Below are positions 1 through 9,183 of a stretch of 64,000 nt of DNA, in pieces. The translations under genes were made by a program, and so were the position numbers. Position 1 is the stretch's first letter. Each line of letters begins with the position of its first letter. The stretch spans positions 32,001-96,000 of the forward strand of contig JAYZBQ010000076.1 in the NCBI GenBank assembly GCA_036338695.1, read 5' to 3'. The notes beneath the pieces are model-generated. The model had not been told where the DNA came from. It did no database searches and saw only the letters and a list, made by a program, of their open reading frames with translations. The DNA comes from Myxococcota bacterium (GTDB lineage: Bacteria > Myxococcota > UBA4151).

Positions 1-1
1 G

Positions 2-997
2 TGCGAAGGTCCCCAGCGAGAAGCCGGTGTCGTTCTCGTCCAAGATGTACACGCTCGTCTGCGGCAGCGCGTCGGCGCCTTCACCCAGCCGCAGCGGGTC
101 GAAGACGAGCACATGGCGCGCTGGGTTATCGCGGACATTCTCGATGACGGCGACGGTCCCGTTGAGGATGTAGGAGCCGGCAAAGCGCTGGTCCATCTCG
201 GCACGATAGACGATGCATCGCCCGCAGCCGCCGCAGCTGGTCGTCGAGCGCCCTCGGAAACACACCATGCGCTCACCGTCTCGGCCGCACCGTGTCTCAC
301 CGGTTCCGCATTGATCCAAGCCGCTCGAGCAGGGCCCACCCGGAGCGCAAAAACGCCCCGAGAACGGGTTGTTCTCATCTTGGATGCAGGGCGCTCGGCA
401 GAACCCGCCGGGCGCGCACCGATGCCCCTCATAGCAGTCGCCATCGTTTGCGCAGGGCTGGTTGGTGTTGGTGCAGTCGGAGTCGTCGAGGCATTGTTTG
501 GCGTTCGCCGTGATGCGCGTGGCGCAGCCACCGCAGACGTTGCGCGGGTGGTCGTCCGGGCAGATCGTTGCGGTGGCGTCCGCGTTGCAGATGACGGTGC
601 CGCAGCCGTGGGCTCCGCAGGTATCACCGGGCTGCCCGGCGCTGTCGTCGAGCTCCTCGCAGCCGCCGCAGATGTTCGCCTCATCAAAGAAGCACTCAAG
701 GGTCCCCTCAGTCGAGCAGAGGTATTGACCGCAGCCGGTCTCACCGCAGGCGTCGCCATAACGGCAGCCCTCTTCCGGACAATCCGGACCGAACTTGACC
801 GTATCTCGCCCGCAGGGGGGCTCTTCGGGGCCTGAGTCAAAGGCGGGACCGGTGTCAACGACGCCCGCCTCGGGGAGCCCTGCGTCGACCGACGCATCCG
901 GCTGACCCGCATCCACGACCACGCCAGCGTCCGGCGGTGCAGGGTCCGGGATGCACGCAGCGGTGCACAGCGCAATCCAGCAAACAAATCGATTCAA
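2..997 (-). CDS. Cys-rich lipoprotein, myxobacterial type; 3' end runs off the window
   Basis: Not in the ORF track; translated by hand. The TTG start overlaps the upstream TGA. Sequence begins MNRFVCWIALCTAA-C (lipobox), then a DAG/Pro linker (PDAGVVVDAGQPDASVDAG), three CGGC modules and CxxDxDC motifs. No stop codon before the window edge. Confidence 0.8.
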   Translation of the reverse strand, partial: MNRFVCWIALCTAACIPDPAPPDAGVVVDAGQPDASVDAGLPEAGVVDTGPAFDSGPEEPPCGRDTVKFGPDCPEEGCRYGDACGETGCGQYLCSTEGTLECFFDEANICGGCEELDDSAGQPGDTCGAHGCGTVICNADATATICPDDHPRNVCGGCATRITANAKQCLDDSDCTNTNQPCANDGDCYEGHRCAPGGFCRAPCIQDENNPFSGRFCAPGGPCSSGLDQCGTGETRCGRDGERMVCFRGRSTTSCGGCGRCIVYRAEMDQRFAGSYILNGTVAVIENVRDNPARHVLVFDPLRLGEGADALPQTSVYILDENDTGFSLGTFA

Positions 998-1767
998 GGG
1001 CGGTCTCCGTCTTCGCCTGATGAAGACTGTACATCGGCTGGGCTACTCTTTCCAGCGCCGGGCGACGCGGCGCGGATCCAGCGCAGGGCGCGCAAGCGCA
1101 CGCCTTTCTCCCGCTCCGAAGTTGGCTGGAGCAATTCAAGCTCGCGAAGGCTCTTTCTGTCAGCGACGTGCCCGATCGCCAGCCACAGGTTGATGCGGCG
1201 GATCTCTGGCGTGTTCGGCTGCTTGAGCTGTTCCATCCAGTCCGCAATTTGCTCGCCGTTGCCGGCGCGGATGCTTTTTTCGAGCTCGCTGACTGCGGCT
1301 GGGCGCTGGTCGGGCGCTTCGAGAGCCGCTTGGATGGCGTGCTCGACGAGGCTCGGCGCGGCGCGCAATAGGGCGTCCGCATCGGCCGGCCTGGCCAGCG
1401 TCAGCACAGCGATGCCCTCCATCCCGCGAAGGGTGGTCTGCTGATCGCTGCCCACGAGCTCAATGACGGTCCGGCAACCGCAGGACGGTCGTGGCTTGCT
1501 GCGGCATCCAAGAATGAGACTCTGCAGCCTCAGCGAGAGAGGCGAACTTGCGCTCTGCGGTCTCATGACTTCGTTCAGAGTGACCCCGAGTTGGACGTTC
1601 AGTTCGGCGGATTCGAGACCGGGCTCGATCGCAATTTGACCATCAAACGCTTGCCAGATGAGCTTGGGTGGCAGCGAGGTGGCGCCGCGTTGAAAGAGCA
1701 GCCGAGCGGATTGCTGAGGGGTCGTGCAAGCCGCTCCGGCGCCGGTTAGACTCAAAACGGTTAGCAT
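994..1767 (-). CDS. Hypothetical lipoprotein with a HEAT-like helical C-terminus
   Basis: Part of ORF 994..1845. Likely start MLTVLSLTGAGAA-C (lipobox). Its stop overlaps the start of the next gene. Confidence 0.6.
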   Translation of the reverse strand: MLTVLSLTGAGAACTTPQQSARLLFQRGATSLPPKLIWQAFDGQIAIEPGLESAELNVQLGVTLNEVMRPQSASSPLSLRLQSLILGCRSKPRPSCGCRTVIELVGSDQQTTLRGMEGIAVLTLARPADADALLRAAPSLVEHAIQAALEAPDQRPAAVSELEKSIRAGNGEQIADWMEQLKQPNTPEIRRINLWLAIGHVADRKSLRELELLQPTSEREKGVRLRALRWIRAASPGAGKSSPADVQSSSGEDGDRP

Positions 1768-1828
1768 CCCAACCGCCGCGCGCCGAAGGACGGGATGGAG
1801 GCGTCGCTTGGCGCAGCGAAAAAGGGTT

Positions 1829-2761
1829 ATGATCCGTCTGCTCATCGTGGTCGCAGTGGTGCTTTCAGTGGGGTCGGCGGGGTATGCCGGCAGCTATCCG
1901 GTGCTACGTGACCGCAGCCAGTACGGCTCGATGCCCGAAGAGCAGCTCGACGCGAGCGTCCAAGGGATTGCCCGGTTTCGAAACCTGCGTCGACGGGTTT
2001 TGCGGCACAGCGCGCAGATGCTGGGCGCGAACTATCGGCCAGACCCGCTTGGCGAGGGCGCAGGCGGAGCCGTCGACACGGACGCTCGGTTTCGGCTCGC
2101 TCCGGTCGACTGCGTCACCTTTGTCGAGGCGTCGCTGGCGATGGCGCTGGCAGGTTCGCTGGAACAAGCCAAGGTCTGGATGGATCGCTTGCGCTATTCC
2201 GGCGATGCGGTCCGCTTTGATCAGCGCAATCACTTTATGTTGGCGAGCTGGCTACCGCACCTCCAAGAGCTGAACGTCCTAAAGGATATCACCCGCTCGA
2301 TCGCTGAGCCGACGACGCTCGTTCACGACTACGACGCGATGCGCTGGGAGCAGGTGCCCCCTCGGTACCTGCCGCAGCGCTTTGACCAGATGGAGCGTCC
2401 GAGCGGTCAGGTCGAGCTGCCTTTGCTCGACCTCGACACGCTCGAGGCCAACCTCGACGCGATCCCCACCGGGACCATTTTGTTGCTGGCGCGCGTTCAT
2501 CGCCCACGGATTCCGGTTCGGATCTCGCATTTGGGGTTCATCGTTCACCAAAAGAACGGCCCGACGATATTTCGTCACGCAAGCCAGGAGGGCTGGGGGC
2601 GCGTGGTCGACGAGGACCTAATTCGCTATCTAAGACGCCTCGATGCGCGCAGCAAATGGGCTCTTCAAGGGGTTAATTTGCAGCTCCCACGCCACCCAAA
2701 AAGGTTGCCGAAGCGCCTGATCGAGCCCGGGACCTTGCCTGATGATGTTGTGCTGCCGTAA
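1829..2761 (+). CDS. DUF1460 family (NlpC/P60-like) N-acetylmuramoyl-L-alanine amidase, secreted
   Basis: Signal peptide MIRLLIVVAVVLSVGSAGYA; motifs DCVTFVE, RNHF, SHLGF, RHAS. Confidence 0.8.
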   Translation: MIRLLIVVAVVLSVGSAGYAGSYPVLRDRSQYGSMPEEQLDASVQGIARFRNLRRRVLRHSAQMLGANYRPDPLGEGAGGAVDTDARFRLAPVDCVTFVEASLAMALAGSLEQAKVWMDRLRYSGDAVRFDQRNHFMLASWLPHLQELNVLKDITRSIAEPTTLVHDYDAMRWEQVPPRYLPQRFDQMERPSGQVELPLLDLDTLEANLDAIPTGTILLLARVHRPRIPVRISHLGFIVHQKNGPTIFRHASQEGWGRVVDEDLIRYLRRLDARSKWALQGVNLQLPRHPKRLPKRLIEPGTLPDDVVLP

Positions 2762-2838
2762 GCCTCGACCTTTCGGTTATCGGATTGCGACGAACCGGCG
2801 CTCGTGGCAGCGTACCGTTACGTTCAAGGGAGAATGAG

Positions 2839-3942
2839 ATGCCCCGCCGTTTATGCCTCTATCTCTCCGCGCTGGCTATGGTCACCGCGGGTTGCTCCGA
2901 CGACGACCAGTTTGGTCGCATCACCTTCGACGGCGGCCCCCCGCCCGACGCCGGGCCGGCGCCGAATGACCTACCTATCAACGTGGGCGACCCGTTCACA
3001 TATCAGGGGATCTCGCGCACACCGAACGGCTGTGTAGGTGGCTTTATCGACGCGCAATGTGAAGAGCAGGGTAGCTGGTATCTGAACATGACGGTGACCG
3101 ATAAGGTGCCGGACAAGGCGACGAACGTGACCGCAGGGAGCTCGTGCGCTGCGGGTCAGGCCTTGGTCCAGCCCCTGCAGGATCAGTGCGCCTCGTGCCC
3201 AGGCGATGACGTCCCGACGCTCCTCAATGGCGCCTTAGACGCCGACGGGAACCCCGGCCCGCCTCAGGTTTACTGCATCCCCGCCCGCGGCTGGGACAAC
3301 GTGTACAATCTGCGCGCCATGGCGGAGTATCAGATGTCGGTTGAGCACCCTGCGCCCCCCAACCTGGGCAACTCATGGCTCTATAATCTGGCGCCGTGGG
3401 ACGAGTCGCAGACCGCACCGTTCTCGGGTGAGAAGAGCTTCCGCACCAACGTTGCGATGCTGCCGCGCGCCTCGAAGACACCGTTCCCGTGGGCGCTCGA
3501 CCTGAGCAAATGGGACGTGGTGTCCCAAGAGTTTGTCGACCGCATCCTTGAGCTCGATCCGGAGGCGGATATTCAGCGTCCTGAGGGCGGCGCCTACATG
3601 AAGGCGCTCCTGAACTATGACCTCAACGGCGTCGCCACCCGCCACTCGATCGAGGTTCTGTATCACGAGCGAGGGTATCTCTGTAAGTTCAACGAAGAGC
3701 TCGGCGCGCCGGCGCCCGGGTCTGATCGCCGGATCCGCAATGGTGAAACCGGTGGTATGAACATGCTCATCCAGCTCAAGAAAGATCCCGACACGGCGCT
3801 CGGCGTCGACACCATCGATGGTAACGCATCGTGTGTATCCGACAGCGACTGCCCGGATCGCTTTAGCTGTCGGGGCGAGCCAAAGCGCTGTCGGCGCTTG
3901 CTGCCTAGGTGCTGCATCCCCGGTGTGGGAGGCTGTCGCTAG
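2839..3942 (+). CDS. Cys-rich hypothetical lipoprotein
   Basis: Lipobox MVTAG-C, DGGPPPDAG linker, C-terminal CVSDSDC...C...C...CC...C tail. Confidence 0.7.
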   Translation: MPRRLCLYLSALAMVTAGCSDDDQFGRITFDGGPPPDAGPAPNDLPINVGDPFTYQGISRTPNGCVGGFIDAQCEEQGSWYLNMTVTDKVPDKATNVTAGSSCAAGQALVQPLQDQCASCPGDDVPTLLNGALDADGNPGPPQVYCIPARGWDNVYNLRAMAEYQMSVEHPAPPNLGNSWLYNLAPWDESQTAPFSGEKSFRTNVAMLPRASKTPFPWALDLSKWDVVSQEFVDRILELDPEADIQRPEGGAYMKALLNYDLNGVATRHSIEVLYHERGYLCKFNEELGAPAPGSDRRIRNGETGGMNMLIQLKKDPDTALGVDTIDGNASCVSDSDCPDRFSCRGEPKRCRRLLPRCCIPGVGGCR

Positions 3943-3945
3943 CGC

Positions 3946-4638
3946 GTGGCTGGTTCGGATCCCAAACGATGGAGCAGCGGTTCCGCGGAGCTCAGCGCTT
4001 GGCGCTCGGTGAGCTTTGATCTCGACGGAACCTTTGCCGATACATCGACTGATCTCGCGGACGCGCTCAACACCTTGCGGCTTGAGCTGGGACGTCAGGC
4101 GCTGCCGGTACCGGACGTCGCTCGCCACGTCGGTCGCGGCGCACGCTGGTTGGTCGCCAATTGCATCGACGGCGTCGCCGATGATGCGATCGACGAGCTG
4201 GTGCTGCGCTTCCTCGATCATTACGCGGGCTGCTGTTGTCGAACGACTGCGCCCTATGAGGGGCTTGAGCAGCTCGTACAGACCTTACGTGCTCGAGGCG
4301 TGATCGTCTCCATCGCGACCAACAAGCCGCGGCGGTTTACCGAGTTGATCATCGACGGTTTGGGCTGGGGTGAATGGTTTGACTCGGTGCACTGCGGCGA
4401 TGACGGCCCCTCAAAGCCAGACCCTGCTATGCTCGACGCTGCGATGAAGCACGCCGGGACGGCGCCTCACGAACATCTTCACATCGGCGATACGCCGACC
4501 GATGCGCGCGCCGCCGAGAACGCAGGCTGCTGGTTCACGCCGGTCGCTTGGGGGATGGACGCAGGCGCGGCGCTCAAGACCCTGATGCCGGTTGGCTTTG
4601 AGCGCTCGTCTCAGCTCGTCTCCGCCTGGGGCTCATGA
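3946..4638 (+). CDS. gph: HAD-family hydrolase, phosphoglycolate phosphatase-like
   Basis: Motifs FDLDGT, TNKP, KPDP, IGD. Confidence 0.8.
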   Translation: MAGSDPKRWSSGSAELSAWRSVSFDLDGTFADTSTDLADALNTLRLELGRQALPVPDVARHVGRGARWLVANCIDGVADDAIDELVLRFLDHYAGCCCRTTAPYEGLEQLVQTLRARGVIVSIATNKPRRFTELIIDGLGWGEWFDSVHCGDDGPSKPDPAMLDAAMKHAGTAPHEHLHIGDTPTDARAAENAGCWFTPVAWGMDAGAALKTLMPVGFERSSQLVSAWGS

Positions 4639-5666
4639 TGCGGATCGCCGTCATCGGCGCTTCGGGGTACACCGGCGCCGAGATGCTCCGCCTGATCGAG
4701 GTGCACCCGCATCTCGAGGGGGCCGGCGTCTACGCGAACAGGACCGCCGGCGAACCGCTCGGGGCGATCTACCCACATCTTGATCGCTCGCTCGCCCAGC
4801 GCATCGAGGCGGTGGATCTCGAGCGCATCGCCGAAACAGCTGACTGGGTTGTGCTGGGTTTACCGCACGGCACCAGCGCGTCGCTCGCGCAAGAAGCTTT
4901 GGCGCTCGGGCTTGGTGTGGTCGACCTGAGCGCCTCGTTTCGGCTGCCGGCAGCTTGCTATGCACAACACTACGGCGAGCACCCCTGCCCCGAGCTGATC
5001 GATCAGGCCGTCTACGGTCTGCCCGAGCTGTTTCGTGCGTCGCTACCCGGCGCTCGCCTGATCGCAGGTCCTGGCTGCTTCCCGACGGGTGTGACCCTCG
5101 CCTGCGTTGCGTTTTATCGGGCGGGTCTCGTCGCTCCCCGCACGCTCATCGCCGACTGCAAAACCGGGGTCACGGGGGCGGGCGCTCAAGCGAGCCAGAC
5201 GACCCATTTTGCGCGCGTCGCCGACACGGTCACGCCCTACAAGGTGGAGGGGCACCGCCACGCACCCGAGATCGCGCACAATCTGAGCGGCTCCTTCGAG
5301 GTGCCCGTCCGGTTTACGCCTCACCTGTTGCCGATTCGGCGCGGGATCCTCTCAACCTGTTACCTGCCGCTGCTGCCCGGGGTAGACCAAGGCAGCCTCG
5401 ATCAAGCCCTCGCTGCGTTCTGCGCCGATGAGCGCTTCGTCCATCAACTGCCCGGCGGCCTACAGCCCAGCCTGGCGCGGGTGGCGGGCACGAATGAGGT
5501 CGAGGTGCAGGTGGTTTACGACGCCGACCATCAGCTCGCCGTGGTGACCTGCGCCATCGATAACCTGTGCAAAGGGAGCTCGGGCGGCGCAATGCAGGCG
5601 CTGAACGTGGCGCTTGGGTTCGACGAGGGCGCAGGGCTCGATCAGCTCACGCCGCCGGCGCCGTAA
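4635..5666 (+). CDS. argC: N-acetyl-gamma-glutamyl-phosphate reductase
   Basis: Motifs GASGYTG, PGCFPT, DNLCKG. Confidence 0.95.
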   Translation: MMRIAVIGASGYTGAEMLRLIEVHPHLEGAGVYANRTAGEPLGAIYPHLDRSLAQRIEAVDLERIAETADWVVLGLPHGTSASLAQEALALGLGVVDLSASFRLPAACYAQHYGEHPCPELIDQAVYGLPELFRASLPGARLIAGPGCFPTGVTLACVAFYRAGLVAPRTLIADCKTGVTGAGAQASQTTHFARVADTVTPYKVEGHRHAPEIAHNLSGSFEVPVRFTPHLLPIRRGILSTCYLPLLPGVDQGSLDQALAAFCADERFVHQLPGGLQPSLARVAGTNEVEVQVVYDADHQLAVVTCAIDNLCKGSSGGAMQALNVALGFDEGAGLDQLTPPAP

Positions 5667-6837
5667 AGGAGCCTGCCTCGAGCGCGCTGAGCTCGTCGTG
5701 CAGGCACTCTGGGGTCAGCGATTCGAGCGCGAGTTCCGATTCAGGGTAGCGAAAAATGTCACCTCGAAAGTTCCGAAAGATCAAGCTGCCCGCCTCGAGG
5801 GCGATGACGTAGTTCGGCGAGAGCGGTATCTTCCCGCCGCCGCCGGGCGCGTCGAGGATGTAGTGAGGGCTCGCCATGCCCGACATGTGACCGCGCAGCC
5901 CGCGCAGGATGCGGAGCCCGGTGGCGATCGAGGTACGAAAATGGCTGACGCCCTCAGCCAGGTCGCATTGAAGCATGTAGTAGGGTTTGACCCTCATCTG
6001 CAGCAGGCGCTCGTTCAACTCGGCGACCCGCTCGACCGAGTCGTTGATGCGTCTCATCAGCACCATCTGGTTGTTCATCGGCGTCCCCGATGAGGCGATC
6101 CGGTCACATGCATCCCACGCCGCCTCGGTGGTCTCTTCGATGCAGTTGAAGTGGGTGTTAAAGAAGATGCTTAGATGGCGAGTTTGGTAGGTGCGCAGCA
6201 GCTCGGCGAGGTCGGCGTCGCAGCGCTGCGGGAGCGTCACGAGGTTGCGTGAACCGAGCCGGCAGTACTTGATGTGGGGGATGTTGCTGAGCTCATCGAA
6301 AATGAGCGCGAGTCGATCGTTTGAGAGGCTGAGTGGGTCGCCGCCGCTGATGACGACATCTCGGATCTCTGGGTGCGCCCGTAGGTAGTCAAACGCCTGT
6401 CGATAGTCACTCTTGCTGGGCATCGAGCGGGGGTCCGAGACTTTGCGTTTTCGGGTGCAGAAGCGGCAGTACACCGGGCAGTTGTGGTTGGTGTAGAGGA
6501 GCGCTCGGTCTGGGTAGCGGTGCGTCAAACCGGGCGCCACCATGAAGCGCTCTTCACCCAGAGGGTCGCTCAGATCGCTCGGCGCCTTCTGGAGCTCTTC
6601 GAGCTGTGGGACCGCCTGGAGGCGGATCGGGCAGCTCGGGTCGTCCGGGTTGATCAGCGACGCGTAGTAAGGTGTGATCGCCGTGCGAAAGACCGCCTGG
6701 GTTTGCTCGAACGCTTGGCGCTCAGCTGGCGACGGCTCGATCCATTGCTCGAGCTGCGCAAGGGTGCGGATCCGGTGCCGCTGTTGCCAGCGCCAGTCAG
6801 CCCATTCATCCGCGGTCCAGGTCACTTCTTTTTTCAC
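5647..6837 (-). CDS. KamA/EpmB-family radical SAM aminomutase (lysine 2,3-aminomutase-like)
   Basis: Motifs W.DWRWQ, THRYPDR, CPVYCRFC, SGGDPL, DAPGGGGK. Start taken at GTG 6837; the upstream part of the tracked ORF looks like shadow. Overlaps the argC 3' end by 20 nt. Confidence 0.9.
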   Translation of the reverse strand: MKKEVTWTADEWADWRWQQRHRIRTLAQLEQWIEPSPAERQAFEQTQAVFRTAITPYYASLINPDDPSCPIRLQAVPQLEELQKAPSDLSDPLGEERFMVAPGLTHRYPDRALLYTNHNCPVYCRFCTRKRKVSDPRSMPSKSDYRQAFDYLRAHPEIRDVVISGGDPLSLSNDRLALIFDELSNIPHIKYCRLGSRNLVTLPQRCDADLAELLRTYQTRHLSIFFNTHFNCIEETTEAAWDACDRIASSGTPMNNQMVLMRRINDSVERVAELNERLLQMRVKPYYMLQCDLAEGVSHFRTSIATGLRILRGLRGHMSGMASPHYILDAPGGGGKIPLSPNYVIALEAGSLIFRNFRGDIFRYPESELALESLTPECLHDELSALEAGSFTAPAA

Positions 6838-6957
6838 GCGATGTCCTCGTCGGTTGGCGCAGCGTCTCGGCCACTGACCATGGTGTCCCAAGGCGCTGGT
6901 TTCAAGCCCCGCTGGCGCGCAGCCGCTCAGAGCGCTAGAGCGTCTGCGTGGGGGGTG

Positions 6958-8388
6958 ATGCGTTCCATTCGTGAAGCAGCGGTCGTCGTGCCGGTTTGTG
7001 GGCCGCGCGTGCTCCTTTGCGAGCGCGCCGCGCACCTGCGTTTTCTGCCTGGGTTCTACTCCTTCCCCGGAGGCGCCGTGGAGCCGGGCGATGATGAGCC
7101 TCAGACCGAGGGGCCGGGTCCACGCGCCGCACGCCACGCGGCGCTGCGCGAGCTGATCGAGGAGGTGGGCGTGGGTGAGCCGCCTGCGCCGCAAGGTGGA
7201 GGTGAATGGGGCCCCGCACAGTGGGCTAAGCAGACCGACTGGAGCCGCTGGCGCTATCTCGGTGAGTGGACGACGCCCGCCTATGCTCACATTCGCTTTC
7301 GGACACACTTCTTTTCATACGAGTTGGATGCGTGCGTCCCGCCGAGGCCTAACCCAGAGGTGGCGCAAGCGTTTTGGGCCGTGCGCGACGAGGTGGTGGC
7401 GCGGTGGCGTCGGGGTGAGCTGCCTGCGACGCCGCCTGTATTGGCTGCGCTCGATGTGGCGCTTGGTCACGCAGAGCCCTTTGAGCGAGCCGGTGACGAG
7501 CGCTCGGTTTTGTGTGCGGGCGGAGCCATCGCTTACCTGCCGCTCGTCACCCCGACCCTCCCCCCGGCGACGCACACCAACTGTTGCTTCGTGCGCGGCG
7601 GGGGCGAGCTGTATGTCGTCGACCCTGCGCCAACCGATCCCGAGGAGCGTATGCTGCTCTGGCGGTCCCTCCAAGACCTGAGTGCAGAAGGGGGCGCCCT
7701 GGCTGGGGTCATCCTGACGCACCTGCACCACGACCACCTGGGCGCCGCCGCCTGGCTTGCCGAGCGCGCACAGGTGCCGATCCTCGCAAGCGAGCAGACT
7801 CGCCTAGACCTTGCGAGTGGCTTAGGCGGCGGGATGAGCGCGGGGGGGTATCGCAGCGACGCCCTGCCTGTGGTCACGCACGACCTGTGCGATGGCGATC
7901 TGATCGCAGGCGACTGGCGCATTGTGGCGACGCCGGGGCACGCGAGAGGCCATATCTGCCTATGGCATGAGCGCACTGGCTCGCTGATCGCAGGCGATAT
8001 GATCGCATCAGGCTCGACCATTCTGATCGAGCCCGAACAGGGCGATATGGGGCTCTATCTTCAAAGCCTTGAGCGCTTAGCGGCGCTCGAACCCCGCCTG
8101 ATCGTCCCATCGCATGGCCTCCCCCTTGCGCGTGGTCGAGAGGCCCTGCTTGGGCTGCGTGATCATCGCTTGAAGCGAGAGCAGAAAACGCTGGAGGCGC
8201 TGGAAGCGACGGAGCCCGCCGAGCGAGCCGCGTTGGTTGGACACGTCTACGACGACACGCCCTCCTTTTTGTGGCCGCTCGCCGAGTTGAGCTTGCAGAG
8301 CCATCTCGAAAAGCTGGAGCGCGAAGGGCGCGTCCGTCGATCGGTCGATGGACAGTGGTCGGTTGACGCGGGGGGCGAACCCGCATAG
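6958..8388 (+). CDS. NUDIX hydrolase plus metallo-beta-lactamase-fold (LACTB2-like) fusion with C-terminal winged helix
   Basis: NUDIX motif FPGGAVE...ALRELIEEVG; MBL motifs THLHHDH, PGHARGH, AGD, PSHG. Confidence 0.85.
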   Translation: MRSIREAAVVVPVCGPRVLLCERAAHLRFLPGFYSFPGGAVEPGDDEPQTEGPGPRAARHAALRELIEEVGVGEPPAPQGGGEWGPAQWAKQTDWSRWRYLGEWTTPAYAHIRFRTHFFSYELDACVPPRPNPEVAQAFWAVRDEVVARWRRGELPATPPVLAALDVALGHAEPFERAGDERSVLCAGGAIAYLPLVTPTLPPATHTNCCFVRGGGELYVVDPAPTDPEERMLLWRSLQDLSAEGGALAGVILTHLHHDHLGAAAWLAERAQVPILASEQTRLDLASGLGGGMSAGGYRSDALPVVTHDLCDGDLIAGDWRIVATPGHARGHICLWHERTGSLIAGDMIASGSTILIEPEQGDMGLYLQSLERLAALEPRLIVPSHGLPLARGREALLGLRDHRLKREQKTLEALEATEPAERAALVGHVYDDTPSFLWPLAELSLQSHLEKLEREGRVRRSVDGQWSVDAGGEPA

Positions 8389-8430
8389 CGAGTTCACCCG
8401 ACCGTAGAGGTCGGAAAATGTTTTTTTATC

Positions 8431-9174
8431 GTGACGGTGATCGCAGCTATTCCTGCTCGTTTTGGTTCGACGCGCTTGCCGGGCAAGCTGCTGCTCGACC
8501 TCGGCGGCCGGCCGATCATCGCCCACGTGGTAGCGGCTGCACAGCGCAGCGAGCTCATCGATGAGGTGCTGGTCGCAACCGATCATGACGCCATCGCACA
8601 GGCAGCGCAGGCGGCGGGCGCTGACGTGGTGATGACCGACCCTGCGTTGCCCTCCGGCTCGGACCGCATCGGCGCAGCGCTGGCTGGTAGAACGTATGAG
8701 CTGGCGCTGAACATCCAAGGTGATGAGCCCGAGATCGACCCGGCGGCGCTCGACGCCTTGGTTCGTGCGATGCGCCAGAGCCCGAGCGCCGAGCTCGGTA
8801 CCTTATCCGCTCCGCTCGCGCCGGGCGAGTTAAGCGATCCGAACGCCGTCAAGGTTGTGTGCGACCTGCAGGGCTTCGCGATGTACTTTAGCCGCGCCGC
8901 GCTCGGCGCTGACCGCGATGAGGTCCTCGGTGGTGCGGATGAGCCGTCTTCGGCGGCTCGTCGACATCTCGGGGTCTACGCGTATCGTCGCTCGGCGCTT
9001 GAGCAGTTTTTAGCGCTGACTCCGAGCCGTCTTGAGCGGCTCGAGCGGCTTGAGCAGCTGCGAGCGCTTGAGAATGGCTTGAAGATGATCGTTGTCCCGG
9101 TGGATAAGGCGCCGGCAGGGATCGACACGACCCAAGATTTAGCGGCGGCGCGCCGTCGCTTCGGTGACGACTAA
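8431..9174 (+). CDS. kdsB: 3-deoxy-manno-octulosonate cytidylyltransferase
   Basis: Motifs IPARFGSTRLPGK, NIQGDEP, YFSRA, LEQLRALE. Confidence 0.95.
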   Translation: MTVIAAIPARFGSTRLPGKLLLDLGGRPIIAHVVAAAQRSELIDEVLVATDHDAIAQAAQAAGADVVMTDPALPSGSDRIGAALAGRTYELALNIQGDEPEIDPAALDALVRAMRQSPSAELGTLSAPLAPGELSDPNAVKVVCDLQGFAMYFSRAALGADRDEVLGGADEPSSAARRHLGVYAYRRSALEQFLALTPSRLERLERLEQLRALENGLKMIVVPVDKAPAGIDTTQDLAAARRRFGDD

Positions 9175-9183
9175 GGGAATTTT

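Noticed and set aside
113..835. 240-aa plus-strand ORF
   Set aside because: Antisense shadow of the minus-strand Cys-rich lipoprotein; Ala/Val/Gly-rich with no recognisable motifs.
6484..7308. Long N-terminal extensions of the KamA and NUDIX-MBL ORFs implying an ~800-nt overlap
   Set aside because: Homology begins near 6837 (minus) and 6958 (plus); each extension is a shadow of the opposite gene.
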